Positions 31,996 through 40,929 of a stretch of 64,000 nt of DNA are shown in pieces (the stretch's first letter is position 1; each line of letters begins with the position of its first letter). The translations under genes were made by a program, and so were the position numbers. The notes under the pieces were generated by a model. The model was not told the DNA's origin and ran no database searches. It worked only from the letters and a program-made list of their open reading frames with translations. The stretch lies in sequence record PP777464.1; one strand, given 5' to 3'.

Positions 31996-32256
31996 ATGAA
32001 ATCTATTCTCGTTGCAGTTAACCTGGTTGCTTCCCCATCTTTTAACTTCAAACAAGTTGTTGCTGATAATCTGAAGAAGATCTGTCCAAACGCTGAATTG
32101 ACTTTCTGTGTGTTTGATTCAGAAAAAGTAACTAAAGTTGATCTAAACTATCTTTTGAACGAAGTACAAAGTATTTCTGGTGAAAGTAATTTGAAAGTAC
32201 TGAATACGGTTGCTGATGACTATGATGATACACTGGTAATTTCGGAGAAATTCTAA
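31996..32256 (+). CDS. hypothetical protein
   Basis: RBS AAGGA. Confidence 0.7.
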   Translation: MKSILVAVNLVASPSFNFKQVVADNLKKICPNAELTFCVFDSEKVTKVDLNYLLNEVQSISGESNLKVLNTVADDYDDTLVISEKF

Positions 32257-32261
32257 ATCCA

Positions 32262-32681
32262 ATGCTTAGATTTATACATTACTTAATCAGTAAGTTCTTT
32301 GGTTATTATACTATTGAAGGTAAAGCTACGCTTGCACATAAAATCTTTGTAGCATTATGTGTGGGTGATTATGACGTATTGAATAAGTACTGTAAATCTA
32401 AAGCATGTATTGACATAATGGCACTTCGTATCTATGAGTGTCAGTTCAATAGATATAATTTTTACCAGTACAGGTATGATAAAGATGATTTTGATAGCAT
32501 TGAAATGCTAAAGAATTTATGTAATAATAAAAAGAATATGCATATATCTGAATTTGTTGCATTGTATTTTTATTTAAAAAGTTCATTATACATGAATACA
32601 CTACAACGCTTCGATACTAGAATTAATGTATTCAACGATAAAGAATTTTATATCTATGATAAATTTTTAGATAAGGTTTAA
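32262..32681 (+). CDS. hypothetical protein
   Basis: ORF. Confidence 0.65.
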   Translation: MLRFIHYLISKFFGYYTIEGKATLAHKIFVALCVGDYDVLNKYCKSKACIDIMALRIYECQFNRYNFYQYRYDKDDFDSIEMLKNLCNNKKNMHISEFVALYFYLKSSLYMNTLQRFDTRINVFNDKEFYIYDKFLDKV

Positions 32682-32682
32682 T

Positions 32683-33180
32683 ATGACAACTGTTTATATT
32701 GATAAACGCTTGGGAGTATTACTTACTGATTCAAAAGTGACATCAACTGAGCAACGTTCATTTTTGAACCTATTCCCGTTGAAACCAAAACTTAGTTATG
32801 GTGTAGTTTCACAAAAAACATTGTATGTACACGACCGACTGTTTAGTGCTTGCGGTGAAGTTAGTGAAATTAACAAAGTACTGAGATACTTGATTTCACA
32901 AGAGACTGTGATACCAGACCGCAAGGCGAGTTGTCACTGTGTTCTTGTGTCAAAAGATTACATCATTCACTTAATCGTTAATAAGGGTAAGTTTGCCAAG
33001 AAGATTGATTATCTACATAATGATTATACATTCTTTATGGGTAGTGGTGGTGAATACATGCTTGATGCAGCAGTACATGAAGAGTATAATACTCTTCTTG
33101 ATAAGGTATTTGATACCTTCATGGATGTTCATAACCATGATATCTATACCGATGATAATATTAATGTATACCGTTTTTGA
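32683..33180 (+). CDS. Ntn-hydrolase, HslV/proteasome-beta-like peptidase
   Basis: N-terminal M-T-T, TDS, QK..Y.HD..FSACG, MGSGG, DIYT. Confidence 0.7.
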   Translation: MTTVYIDKRLGVLLTDSKVTSTEQRSFLNLFPLKPKLSYGVVSQKTLYVHDRLFSACGEVSEINKVLRYLISQETVIPDRKASCHCVLVSKDYIIHLIVNKGKFAKKIDYLHNDYTFFMGSGGEYMLDAAVHEEYNTLLDKVFDTFMDVHNHDIYTDDNINVYRF

Positions 33181-33202
33181 TTTCATTCATTAGGAGAAGT
33201 AA

Positions 33203-34171
33203 GTGAAAAAGCTTGATTTAAATGCAATTTCTGAAGAAGTACTGGATGAGTGTTTTGCTAGTGAAGAAGTCAACGTATTAGAGGCTCTTGATTCCGTCGA
33301 AGAAGAAGAAGAACATGACGGTCACAAGTTTGAGAAACCAAAAACAGGTATCAGCTTAACTCGCCCTAAAGGGATAACGAATGAAATGCTCATCCAAGCA
33401 GTGCGTGATGGTATTGACGTTGAAAAGAACATTGACCTTTTGGTTCGCTACAACTATCCAATGGTAGTAAGTGTTGCACGTAAGTGTACATGTTTTATCC
33501 CATTTGAAGATAAGATTTCTTATGGTGTTGAAGGTTTAATGCGAGCAATTCATACGTTCGACACTACCAAAAATGTTAAGTTCATTACATATGCAACAAC
33601 AACTGTGTACATGACAATCTATAACGAAAGTGCAGATGCTAATTATCTAGTGCATTTCCCACGTTATATGAGTGTTAATAACATTTATGTGAAACGTTGT
33701 GTAGAAGAGTATCAAAGGAAACATGGTAAATACCCAACTCCTGAGATGGTGTCAAAAGAGACTGGTATTGAGATTCAACACGTTAAGAATTGTCTAACTT
33801 ACAATAACACTTATGTAGCATTGAATATGAAAATGAGTAATGATTCAGAAAGTACATTATCTGACATTGTTACTTCAGTTGAACCTGATTACAACTTAGG
33901 CGTAGAAACTGTCAGTACCCCACTGGTACAAAGTATTGCAGAAATGATGAGTAACCTATCTGCCAAAGACCGTGAATTGATTGAACGTGTACATGGTATT
34001 GGTTCTTATTCTGAACCAGAAACGCTACGAGAAATCATTGAGAGTGGTTTTGAAGATGAGAAGGGTAAGGTCATGACTGCTCGTTCTTCATTGCACCGTA
34101 AGTACTCTGAAGCAATGGAACGACTGCGTAAGATGGTTAAGACAAAAGGTTATGAGTTCGAAGATTTTTAA
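33203..34171 (+). CDS. sigma70-family RNA polymerase sigma factor
   Basis: Region 2 (YPMVVSVARK...GVEGLMRAIHTFDTTKNVKFITYAT), region 3 (KYPTPEMVSKETGI), region 4 (LSAKDRELIERVHGI). Confidence 0.85.
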   Translation: MKKLDLNAISEEVLDECFASEEVNVLEALDSVEEEEEHDGHKFEKPKTGISLTRPKGITNEMLIQAVRDGIDVEKNIDLLVRYNYPMVVSVARKCTCFIPFEDKISYGVEGLMRAIHTFDTTKNVKFITYATTTVYMTIYNESADANYLVHFPRYMSVNNIYVKRCVEEYQRKHGKYPTPEMVSKETGIEIQHVKNCLTYNNTYVALNMKMSNDSESTLSDIVTSVEPDYNLGVETVSTPLVQSIAEMMSNLSAKDRELIERVHGIGSYSEPETLREIIESGFEDEKGKVMTARSSLHRKYSEAMERLRKMVKTKGYEFEDF

Positions 34172-34175
34172 GATT

Positions 34176-34204
34176 AAAGGGTTGACTTCGGTCAGCCTTT
34201 TTTT
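34176..34204 (+). terminator. GGTTGAC-TTCG-GTCARCC terminator cassette
   Basis: UUCG hairpin + T-run. Confidence 0.9.
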
Positions 34205-34240
34205 ATGGGACAAATTTATTAATGGTGATACAATGATCTA

Positions 34241-34715
34241 TGTACAATCACAATGACAGTACTGGTACTGACAATCTTCCCCTACTTCACTTGAAAATGT
34301 AAAGGATAGATGAGCTTTTCATTGTAGCGAACAGCAAAAGAAACCCGTTAGATGTGGGCATAGTTTGAACCCCTCACGGCAATGCGGCTGTATAAAGAAC
34401 CACGTTAGGATAGCTGGTGGTTCCTCGATAGACATATAAGGATAACACCTTACGAATTATCTAAGGGAGAGTTATCGAATTTTGTACAGGAAAGTTGCGT
34501 CCAAAATTTGAGTACTCACATTAAGTATTTGATTGCATAGATACTTAATGAAGATACACTATGTTTAAAAGTGTAGACCGTCATATGAAACTGAAGTAGA
34601 GAGAAACAGGATGACCCGCTTTCGCACTCGTTATGAGTAATCTTCAATGCAATAGCTCTGATACCATCAGCGTCAAATTTCCCTCCGTGCGGGGGGGAAG
34701 AAAAATCCCTTCCTC
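34241..34715 (+). ncRNA. candidate large structured ncRNA (~470 nt)
   Basis: 660-nt gap with no ORF >=60 aa; extended -10 TGA-TACAAT upstream; many helices. Confidence 0.5.
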
Positions 34716-34739
34716 AAATCCCGTCAATATTAAAAGTCC

Positions 34740-34768
34740 TTGACAGTTATGATTCATTCGCGTAGAAT
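34740..34768 (+). promoter_or_regulatory. sigma70 promoter
   Basis: TTGACA-N17-TAGAAT. Confidence 0.8.
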
Positions 34769-34832
34769 ACGTAGTATTAGAAGCGAACAGACATCTCGAA
34801 GAGATGGATGATTAACCACTAAGGAATATCTA

Positions 34833-35042
34833 ATGAATTCAGTAATCTTTTTAATTATTGCTCTTTCACCACAATCTGGTGTACAAATCACCCCAATGAA
34901 TTCAATGAATCAATGCATTGCAGTACGTGACAGTACGTATGAACAAGTAAACAGCGTTTCACTTAGAACAGTTGGTGAAGAATTAATGTGGTGTTACAAT
35001 AGTAATACTAAAGAAAAACTAATTGTTGGACAAACAGAATGA
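34833..35042 (+). CDS. small protein with hydrophobic N-terminus
   Basis: RBS AAGGA; two Cys. Confidence 0.65.
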   Translation: MNSVIFLIIALSPQSGVQITPMNSMNQCIAVRDSTYEQVNSVSLRTVGEELMWCYNSNTKEKLIVGQTE

Positions 35043-35266
35043 GTTATGGTGTTCGTTTTGAGATTCGTTCTATTGTTATCAATGACGAGAAACAAGCATC
35101 GTTGGATGGCGATATACGAGAACTATATCTATCATGTATCCGTGCGAAATCTGAAGCAGATGCATTATCACAAATGATTGGTTTTAATTTCTTTCATGGA
35201 TACTATTTGGTACGAGTTATCGAAGTTAAAAAAGTCACTTTTGAGTGTCTTGCTGGAGAAATATAA
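35039..35266 (+). CDS. hypothetical protein
   Basis: IRAKSEADA motif. Confidence 0.65.
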   Translation: MSYGVRFEIRSIVINDEKQASLDGDIRELYLSCIRAKSEADALSQMIGFNFFHGYYLVRVIEVKKVTFECLAGEI

Positions 35267-35267
35267 A

Positions 35268-36062
35268 ATGAGCACTATAGATGAATTGATTCGCCGGAAT
35301 TCAAAATACTACGACCCATCAGAAATTGTCGGCAACATTACTAAATCTGAGTTCGGACCAAATACTCGAAAACTCATTCATGTAATGTCACGTGATGGCT
35401 TTAAATGTGATTGTTGTGGTGAATCCAATGTGGTATTCACTTTACATAAGCACAGTACTAAAGACCGTTATAAATTCAGACCTTATGTACTTAAAGGGAA
35501 ACGCCTTGTACGCATGACGTTAGACCATAATGTACTGGACTGTCTTCAGGGCGGTAATGATAAAGAGAACATGACTGCATTGTGTGAGGATTGTAACGCA
35601 TTACGCCAGCATAAGTTTGCTGAGTACAGTGAGTTTAAGCACTGGTATCATAACGCTGATCGTTCTATCGAGCCTGACGTTAACTACTGCTTCATTGAGT
35701 ATATTAAGAATGCTAAAGATACATACATTCTTAAATCAATGTCACCTATTACAGTGTTCCCTGAGAATCTATTCAGTACTATGCAGCGTGATTTTAAACG
35801 TGGTATCATTAATGCATTCAAACATTTAGACAAAGGTATCAAGCACTTTGAGGTGCAATGCTTAAATGAAGGAATGAATCGTTTAGTACAAATTTACATG
35901 AAATCATTTATAGGTGTTGACACCGCACGTCTACCAGTATATAATTACTTTATTGAAAGCGAAGAAGGTGAATCTCTTCGTGATTATGGTGAAAGATTTA
36001 ATAACAAAGTCTTCGCTGCAATATCAAACGAGATTCATTACTATAAACCATATGTAATTTAA
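35268..36062 (+). CDS. HNH endonuclease domain protein
   Basis: RDGFKCDCCG...TLDH...GGNDKENMTALCEDCN; RBS GGAG. Confidence 0.75.
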   Translation: MSTIDELIRRNSKYYDPSEIVGNITKSEFGPNTRKLIHVMSRDGFKCDCCGESNVVFTLHKHSTKDRYKFRPYVLKGKRLVRMTLDHNVLDCLQGGNDKENMTALCEDCNALRQHKFAEYSEFKHWYHNADRSIEPDVNYCFIEYIKNAKDTYILKSMSPITVFPENLFSTMQRDFKRGIINAFKHLDKGIKHFEVQCLNEGMNRLVQIYMKSFIGVDTARLPVYNYFIESEEGESLRDYGERFNNKVFAAISNEIHYYKPYVI

Positions 36063-36076
36063 TTAGAGGATATATC

Positions 36077-36259
36077 ATGCAAATCATCATTCTTATCGTA
36101 GGTATCATTCTTGGTGTATATGGTCACTCCTGGATGAACGAGAAGTTCCCTAATACCCGTCCTGAGTATTGCAGTACTAATGTATTCCAGAATGGTGAGA
36201 AACCAAAGGATAGTATTGGTAAGAAACTGGACAAAGTACTTGACGTAATCAACGAATAA
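36077..36259 (+). CDS. small membrane-anchored protein
   Basis: RBS GAGGA; N-terminal TM. Confidence 0.7.
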   Translation: MQIIILIVGIILGVYGHSWMNEKFPNTRPEYCSTNVFQNGEKPKDSIGKKLDKVLDVINE

Positions 36260-36268
36260 GGGTAAAGT

Positions 36269-36469
36269 ATGTTTAAATCAAATACAAATGTTGGTAAGAA
36301 GGTTCAATTACTTGAGGATGTATCCACCTTGAGTGGAATTTTCCCAAGAGGTCACATCATGACTATTATTGCCGAAACATCCCGTGGGTGGGATTTGGAA
36401 GATGCTGATGGTAATCGCATCCTTGAGGCTGGATTCAATGGTCATCGTGAATATAAAATCATTGATTAA
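36269..36469 (+). CDS. small SH3-like hypothetical protein
   Basis: VGKKVQLL..., beta pattern. Confidence 0.65.
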   Translation: MFKSNTNVGKKVQLLEDVSTLSGIFPRGHIMTIIAETSRGWDLEDADGNRILEAGFNGHREYKIID

Positions 36470-36478
36470 GGATGCAAC

Positions 36479-36562
36479 ATGACTTTAGAGATTGTCTTTG
36501 GTATTGTTAGCTTAGTCGTCTGTGTGGGTTGGTTTGGGTATCTGATGATTTTTGGTGATTAA
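36479..36562 (+). CDS. single-TM micropeptide (27 aa)
   Basis: RBS AAGGA; MTLEIVFGIVSLVVCVGWFGYLMIFGD. Confidence 0.55.
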   Translation: MTLEIVFGIVSLVVCVGWFGYLMIFGD

Positions 36563-36565
36563 TAC

Positions 36566-36593
36566 TTGACATAAGATATCAGTACTGTATAAT
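36566..36593 (+). promoter_or_regulatory. sigma70 promoter, AGTACTG class
   Basis: TTGACA-N9-AGTACTG-TATAAT. Confidence 0.85.
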
Positions 36594-36602
36594 GTTTATA
36601 TC

Positions 36603-36665
36603 AAAGGGAATGCAGTGAAAGGAAAGACAGCATAATCGTACTCGTCACTGCGTTTCCACCCTTTT
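36603..36665 (+). promoter_or_regulatory. structured 5' leader hairpin
   Basis: GGGAATGCAGTGA...TCACTGCGTTTCC. Confidence 0.55.
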
Positions 36666-36686
36666 AAATTAAATGAGGAATTAACT

Positions 36687-36995
36687 ATGTTTCAAACTAA
36701 CACTCAAGGTTTTGTAATCATCGATTTGAACCAAAACAGCGGTTATTGGATGAAACCTACTGACGCATGTATGCAGTTTGATTTTTTAGGTTACAGGATT
36801 AGTGTAAGTACTGGTGCTTCTGTACTGCGTGGTGGTTGTATCGTTGAACATCTGGTAACTGATCCAGAAGGTCGTGAGTATGAAATCGCAGGTTCAGTAC
36901 AAGATGCCATTATGTTTGTATGTCAGCGTGAAATGAATAGTTCGAATTCAAATGCACTGACTCATGCTCTTTCTCAAGAAGTGGAGGTTCGTTAA
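36687..36995 (+). CDS. hypothetical protein
   Basis: RBS GAGGA. Confidence 0.75.
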   Translation: MFQTNTQGFVIIDLNQNSGYWMKPTDACMQFDFLGYRISVSTGASVLRGGCIVEHLVTDPEGREYEIAGSVQDAIMFVCQREMNSSNSNALTHALSQEVEVR

Positions 36996-37246
36996 TGAAA
37001 TATATCGTAGCAGTACTCGTTGCATTTTTACTCACTGCATGTGACGCTTCAACAAAAGAACGCACAAGTGATTTTATTCTCCCTATTGAATTACAAGAAG
37101 CAGGATGTAAGATTTATCGTATGCAAAAGGACGGTGCTGGTGTAACCTTGTATACAGTTTATTGCCCTAATGCAAATACCAGTACTGGATACAGCAGCGG
37201 TAAAACACGAATCAATACTTCAGTGATTAATGGAGTACAACAATGA
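36995..37246 (+). CDS. lipoprotein
   Basis: Lipobox LLTA-C. Confidence 0.8.
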   Translation: MKYIVAVLVAFLLTACDASTKERTSDFILPIELQEAGCKIYRMQKDGAGVTLYTVYCPNANTSTGYSSGKTRINTSVINGVQQ

Positions 37247-37611
37247 GCCTTGATACAACCCGTGCAACAGATTTATTAACTCGTATGAATAATGAAGAAT
37301 TTCTTGCTGAAATAAAGTACAAGCTTGAAAAACTGGCACGAAGTGCTGAAGTAATTGAAGTTGAAGGTCACTTACCAATGGACCAATTCCATACGTTCAA
37401 CGAAGATATGGTTTATTATCCAAATGAAATTTGGATTGAGTGGGAGTCATGGACTAACAAAACTCTACGCATTGAAGGTTATTGTGTGAATTATGAATCT
37501 GAACCTGGTGATGTTACAAAAACTCTCTCCATTTGGTGTACAAAAACACATGAACTCGTTGAGGTGAATTTGAATTATATGAAAGGTTTCCGTTGGGGTG
37601 ATGTTCAATGA
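37243..37611 (+). CDS. hypothetical protein
   Basis: Coupled ORF. Confidence 0.7.
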   Translation: MSLDTTRATDLLTRMNNEEFLAEIKYKLEKLARSAEVIEVEGHLPMDQFHTFNEDMVYYPNEIWIEWESWTNKTLRIEGYCVNYESEPGDVTKTLSIWCTKTHELVEVNLNYMKGFRWGDVQ

Positions 37612-37883
37612 TTAAAAAACTATTGACAGTTGTCTTTGTATTCTGTACAATGTTTCTTACAGCATGTAATGATGACGGCAGGTTTAGTGCAAAAGACTTA
37701 GTTCGTCAGGATTGTACATTCACAGGTAAGTCTTTTATTAACGAGTATGAAATATGTACACAATCAGGTCGTATCTGTGGTGGTTGGGAAAAACGTCAGG
37801 AGCGATTGTATGTATATGAATGCCCTGGTCATCTCAACAAAGTACTAAGCACACACAAACTTGTTTATGATAAGGTTGAATAA
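37608..37883 (+). CDS. lipoprotein
   Basis: Lipobox FLTA-C. Confidence 0.8.
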   Translation: MIKKLLTVVFVFCTMFLTACNDDGRFSAKDLVRQDCTFTGKSFINEYEICTQSGRICGGWEKRQERLYVYECPGHLNKVLSTHKLVYDKVE

Positions 37884-38098
37884 TGACTACCAATGAAATG
37901 ATGCAGGTTATTTGGGATAAAGGTTGCGATCTTAAAATCACCAGTACTGATGTTCGTGTATTCAAAACTGAATATATGGAGTACTTGGACCTTGATACTT
38001 ATAATAATATTGTATCAATTGAACACAAAGGTGCAGTACTGGAAACAATTGACGTAGTACTGAAGAAAGCTACCGACCTATTAGGAGCGGCAGTGTGA
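37883..38098 (+). CDS. hypothetical protein
   Basis: TAATG coupling. Confidence 0.7.
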   Translation: MTTNEMMQVIWDKGCDLKITSTDVRVFKTEYMEYLDLDTYNNIVSIEHKGAVLETIDVVLKKATDLLGAAV

Positions 38099-38241
38099 AT
38101 AACAAAGAGTGGGAAGAGTACCGTAAGAAGTGCAGGGAGTTTGATAAAGAACTAACTGGTACAGTGAATGCAGTAATGTGGGTATCTGTAATTATTGCAG
38201 TTCTTGCGTTGGGTGCTATTATTATTAATAAATTATTCTAA
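38095..38241 (+). CDS. single-TM small protein (48 aa)
   Basis: GTGA coupling, RBS AGGAG. Confidence 0.6.
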   Translation: MNNKEWEEYRKKCREFDKELTGTVNAVMWVSVIIAVLALGAIIINKLF

Positions 38242-38251
38242 GGCGAATATC

Positions 38252-38452
38252 ATGTTTACTTTATATCTCGCAGTAGTTCTCACCAATGGTGAAATCACTC
38301 GTACTATTGGTGAAGGTGTATATAAAACACCAGACCAGTGCTACTCTGCTACTCATTGGCCTCGCGATAGTGGGGATGAAACACGCACTGAATTCAAATG
38401 CATGAAAGTAAAAGGTGATTTTGTTAACCTTAAGGTTATCGAGGCGAAATAA
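38252..38452 (+). CDS. small hypothetical protein
   Basis: Start reassigned; two Cys. Confidence 0.65.
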   Translation: MFTLYLAVVLTNGEITRTIGEGVYKTPDQCYSATHWPRDSGDETRTEFKCMKVKGDFVNLKVIEAK

Positions 38453-38967
38453 TGGATATTAATGAGTTGTTGATCTTATTGTTTAATCGTGGAAATGATG
38501 TAAGACGTTCTGAATATCAAGACAAAATTCACATTGAAACTGATAAATGTTATGGTAAAACAACTCATGAGATTTTGAAGCCAAATGGCAAACGATATGC
38601 CGATGTATGTTTTCATGAACGAAGTGATGGTAGTGAAATAATCAGTACTGAAATTGTGTTTTATGATAGATCCTCGGCAGGTTCGTATGAAATAGAACTT
38701 ATATATTGTCCTGGTTCAGAAACACACAATAAACGTCAGATATTATATGATGTTTATTCACCTCCAGGTGTAGCTGAATATTTTGTTATTGATTACAGTA
38801 CTGAAGAAAGTGTGTTTCAACAGAGCTTGATTCATAACTTCCAGTTGAATGATCCAAATGTACCAAAGTTGTTCAAACTACTCGATACTATCGATGTTGA
38901 TTTTGAATTTGTTATGTGCATTAGAACTTCCTTGATCGATGAATTTATGGAACTACTTAATATATGA
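38452..38967 (+). CDS. EExxFQxS family protein
   Basis: STEESVFQQSLIHN. Confidence 0.8.
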   Translation: MDINELLILLFNRGNDVRRSEYQDKIHIETDKCYGKTTHEILKPNGKRYADVCFHERSDGSEIISTEIVFYDRSSAGSYEIELIYCPGSETHNKRQILYDVYSPPGVAEYFVIDYSTEESVFQQSLIHNFQLNDPNVPKLFKLLDTIDVDFEFVMCIRTSLIDEFMELLNI

Positions 38968-39185
38968 ATCGTTACTACATTGTGTATGAGCATGTATCTG
39001 AGTTTAATAATGTACGTGGTTATAAGAAAGAAGTACAGAAGATTGATGTATTTGTTCGTGCATTAAGTCCAACACATGCACTATTTAAATTGTTTGATGA
39101 AGTAACTAAGTACAACACACCAAAAACACAACGCTATATTGAAACAGTACATAGTGTAATACTCACTGAATATGATGGAGAATGA
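38964..39185 (+). CDS. hypothetical protein
   Basis: VRALSPTHA motif. Confidence 0.65.
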   Translation: MNRYYIVYEHVSEFNNVRGYKKEVQKIDVFVRALSPTHALFKLFDEVTKYNTPKTQRYIETVHSVILTEYDGE

Positions 39186-39188
39186 CAA

Positions 39189-39407
39189 ATGAATTTATAT
39201 CTAGTTGAAGGGTCAGTACAAGTATCCAAGCAAGACGGAGAAGGGTATCGTTTTTCACATGTAGAATATTTTAAGTACGTAGTAAAGGCCGATGGTCAGT
39301 ACGACGCAGAAATTCAGGTTGAAGAATCATTCCGTAAGAAGAATGATATTGGTAAATTTGAATACCAAGACTTACAATTCACTGTATGGCCTAGCATTAA
39401 TGACTAA
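39189..39407 (+). CDS. hypothetical protein
   Basis: VKADGQYDA motif. Confidence 0.65.
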   Translation: MNLYLVEGSVQVSKQDGEGYRFSHVEYFKYVVKADGQYDAEIQVEESFRKKNDIGKFEYQDLQFTVWPSIND

Positions 39408-39615
39408 GATGTGGTGGTGTCATGGTGTCTACAATGTCTATGAATATGGTAGATTCAAAATGAGCAGTACCTATGCCAGACGTGTTAATGCGAAAACCCA
39501 AGTTGATGCTGCTTGTGAGATTGTAGAGTGGTATGCAGAGTTCAATGCAATTGAATATATGTACGAAATAGTTACAATAAATGTTGTACAAATTGACACG
39601 TCTTTGATACAATAA
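39400..39615 (+). CDS. hypothetical protein
   Basis: VNAKTQVDA motif; start reassigned. Confidence 0.6.
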   Translation: MTKMWWCHGVYNVYEYGRFKMSSTYARRVNAKTQVDAACEIVEWYAEFNAIEYMYEIVTINVVQIDTSLIQ

Positions 39616-39648
39616 CTACATCAAAAAACAACTGCAACTGAGGATACT

Positions 39649-40311
39649 ATGTTAGTAAATCTTAATTTCATCACTTCTCCTGATTGGGCATTGCGTGGTG
39701 TTTCTTTGAACTTTAAAGAAACTAATTTCGACTACATTGGTGATTGTACTTTAGTTAATGCTACATTTGATCCTCATCATCCTTTTTGGGCTGAAATTCA
39801 TGATCCTAATGTAAACAATAGTACATCTGTTATGACTATTGTACAGACGAAACATACAGGTATCCTCGCAGGTTACAGACCAGGACATGCGATTGAACAC
39901 TTCACTGATTATGATGTAGTAGATGAGTATCCAATGATCCATGAAGATGGAAGTTTATACACGTCAGAAGACTTCCGTGCTATCTTTAATAGTACTGATG
40001 ACATTCTACCAAGTGGTCGTCCACGCCCTGAGTCTTATCTTATGCACCCGTCTTATGGTGTAGCAGATACGCTTGAACAGATTTTGACGAAGTACAAGAA
40101 CCTTATTGAAGGTCCAGAAGAAATTGTCTTGTGCTATCATCCAGTACTGAAGTCTGACCAACCAGAGAGTGGTGGGTGGCGTTGGCATAAGAATGGTGAG
40201 TACATCGGTACTAAGCGTAGTAAAGAACGCTTTGAGTACTTGTATGATGAGCCAGATGTTGAGGTTGTTTTATGTTATAATTTTCTTAAGGTGAAAAAGA
40301 AATGTATCTAG
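39649..40311 (+). CDS. hypothetical protein
   Basis: RBS GAGGA; GWRWHKNGEYIG motif. Confidence 0.75.
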   Translation: MLVNLNFITSPDWALRGVSLNFKETNFDYIGDCTLVNATFDPHHPFWAEIHDPNVNNSTSVMTIVQTKHTGILAGYRPGHAIEHFTDYDVVDEYPMIHEDGSLYTSEDFRAIFNSTDDILPSGRPRPESYLMHPSYGVADTLEQILTKYKNLIEGPEEIVLCYHPVLKSDQPESGGWRWHKNGEYIGTKRSKERFEYLYDEPDVEVVLCYNFLKVKKKCI

Positions 40312-40544
40312 TATTGAGTTTTGTAGTTGCATTATTGTTTATGTTCTACCCTACACTAGTAGCAGTAGCCACTAAACGAAAGCTGGTGGATATCACTACT
40401 GTATTCTTGCTAAACGTGGCACTCGTTCTAGTGTCTATTATCATTCCCGTGAGCTTTACGGTTATTGATATGGCATCTGTATTACTATTCGTCTTCAGTT
40501 ATCTTATGCTTATTGAAGAAAAACCTGTTGACAAACGTTTGTAG
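40302..40544 (+). CDS. T4 Imm-like superinfection immunity membrane protein
   Basis: FYPTLVAVATKRK...VFLLNV. Confidence 0.6.
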   Translation: MYLVLSFVVALLFMFYPTLVAVATKRKLVDITTVFLLNVALVLVSIIIPVSFTVIDMASVLLFVFSYLMLIEEKPVDKRL

Positions 40545-40555
40545 TACTGTATAAT
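40528..40555 (+). promoter_or_regulatory. sigma70 promoter, AGTACTG class
   Basis: TTGACA-N9-AGTACTG-TATAAT. Confidence 0.85.
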
Positions 40556-40602
40556 GGTTCTTGTAGTCTGAAACTTAACACTTAAACTTGAGGATATAAA
40601 AC

Positions 40603-40929
40603 ATGTTATCAGTTCTAATTTCAATTCCTGCTCTAATTCTTTTATGGGTTATGGTTTTCGAATTCTTCATTAAAGACGAAACCGAGCGTGATGAGTTTCG
40701 TGAGTTGTTTATGTTAGACTCACCCATTGCACGAATCTTCTTCGTTGTAGTACTTATTTCAGTACTGTCATGGTTAGTAAGTTTTGTATTACCAATTGGA
40801 CCATTTGTTTCAATTATGAATTTAGTTGAGAACATTGTTGGTATTGTGTGGTTTACTAATGCATTGTTTGCTGGTAAAGTTTCCATTTGGTTTGATATCT
40901 TGAAAGATAAACTAACTAGTAAGAAGTAA
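40603..40929 (+). CDS. membrane protein
   Basis: RBS GAGGA; 3 hydrophobic segments. Confidence 0.75.
   Translation: MLSVLISIPALILLWVMVFEFFIKDETERDEFRELFMLDSPIARIFFVVVLISVLSWLVSFVLPIGPFVSIMNLVENIVGIVWFTNALFAGKVSIWFDILKDKLTSKK

Noticed and set aside
34655-34666. GCTCTGATACCA, identical to the 3' end of eukaryotic initiator tRNA-Met (LTR primer-binding-site complement)
   Set aside because: A single 12-mer found post hoc; no LTRs or reverse transcriptase in the window, so most likely chance.
34241-34715. Group I intron or RNase P RNA
   Set aside because: It interrupts no gene; P7 core words are not convincingly present; RNase P-like words (CAGGAAAG, AAAGAAACCCG) occur in the wrong order.
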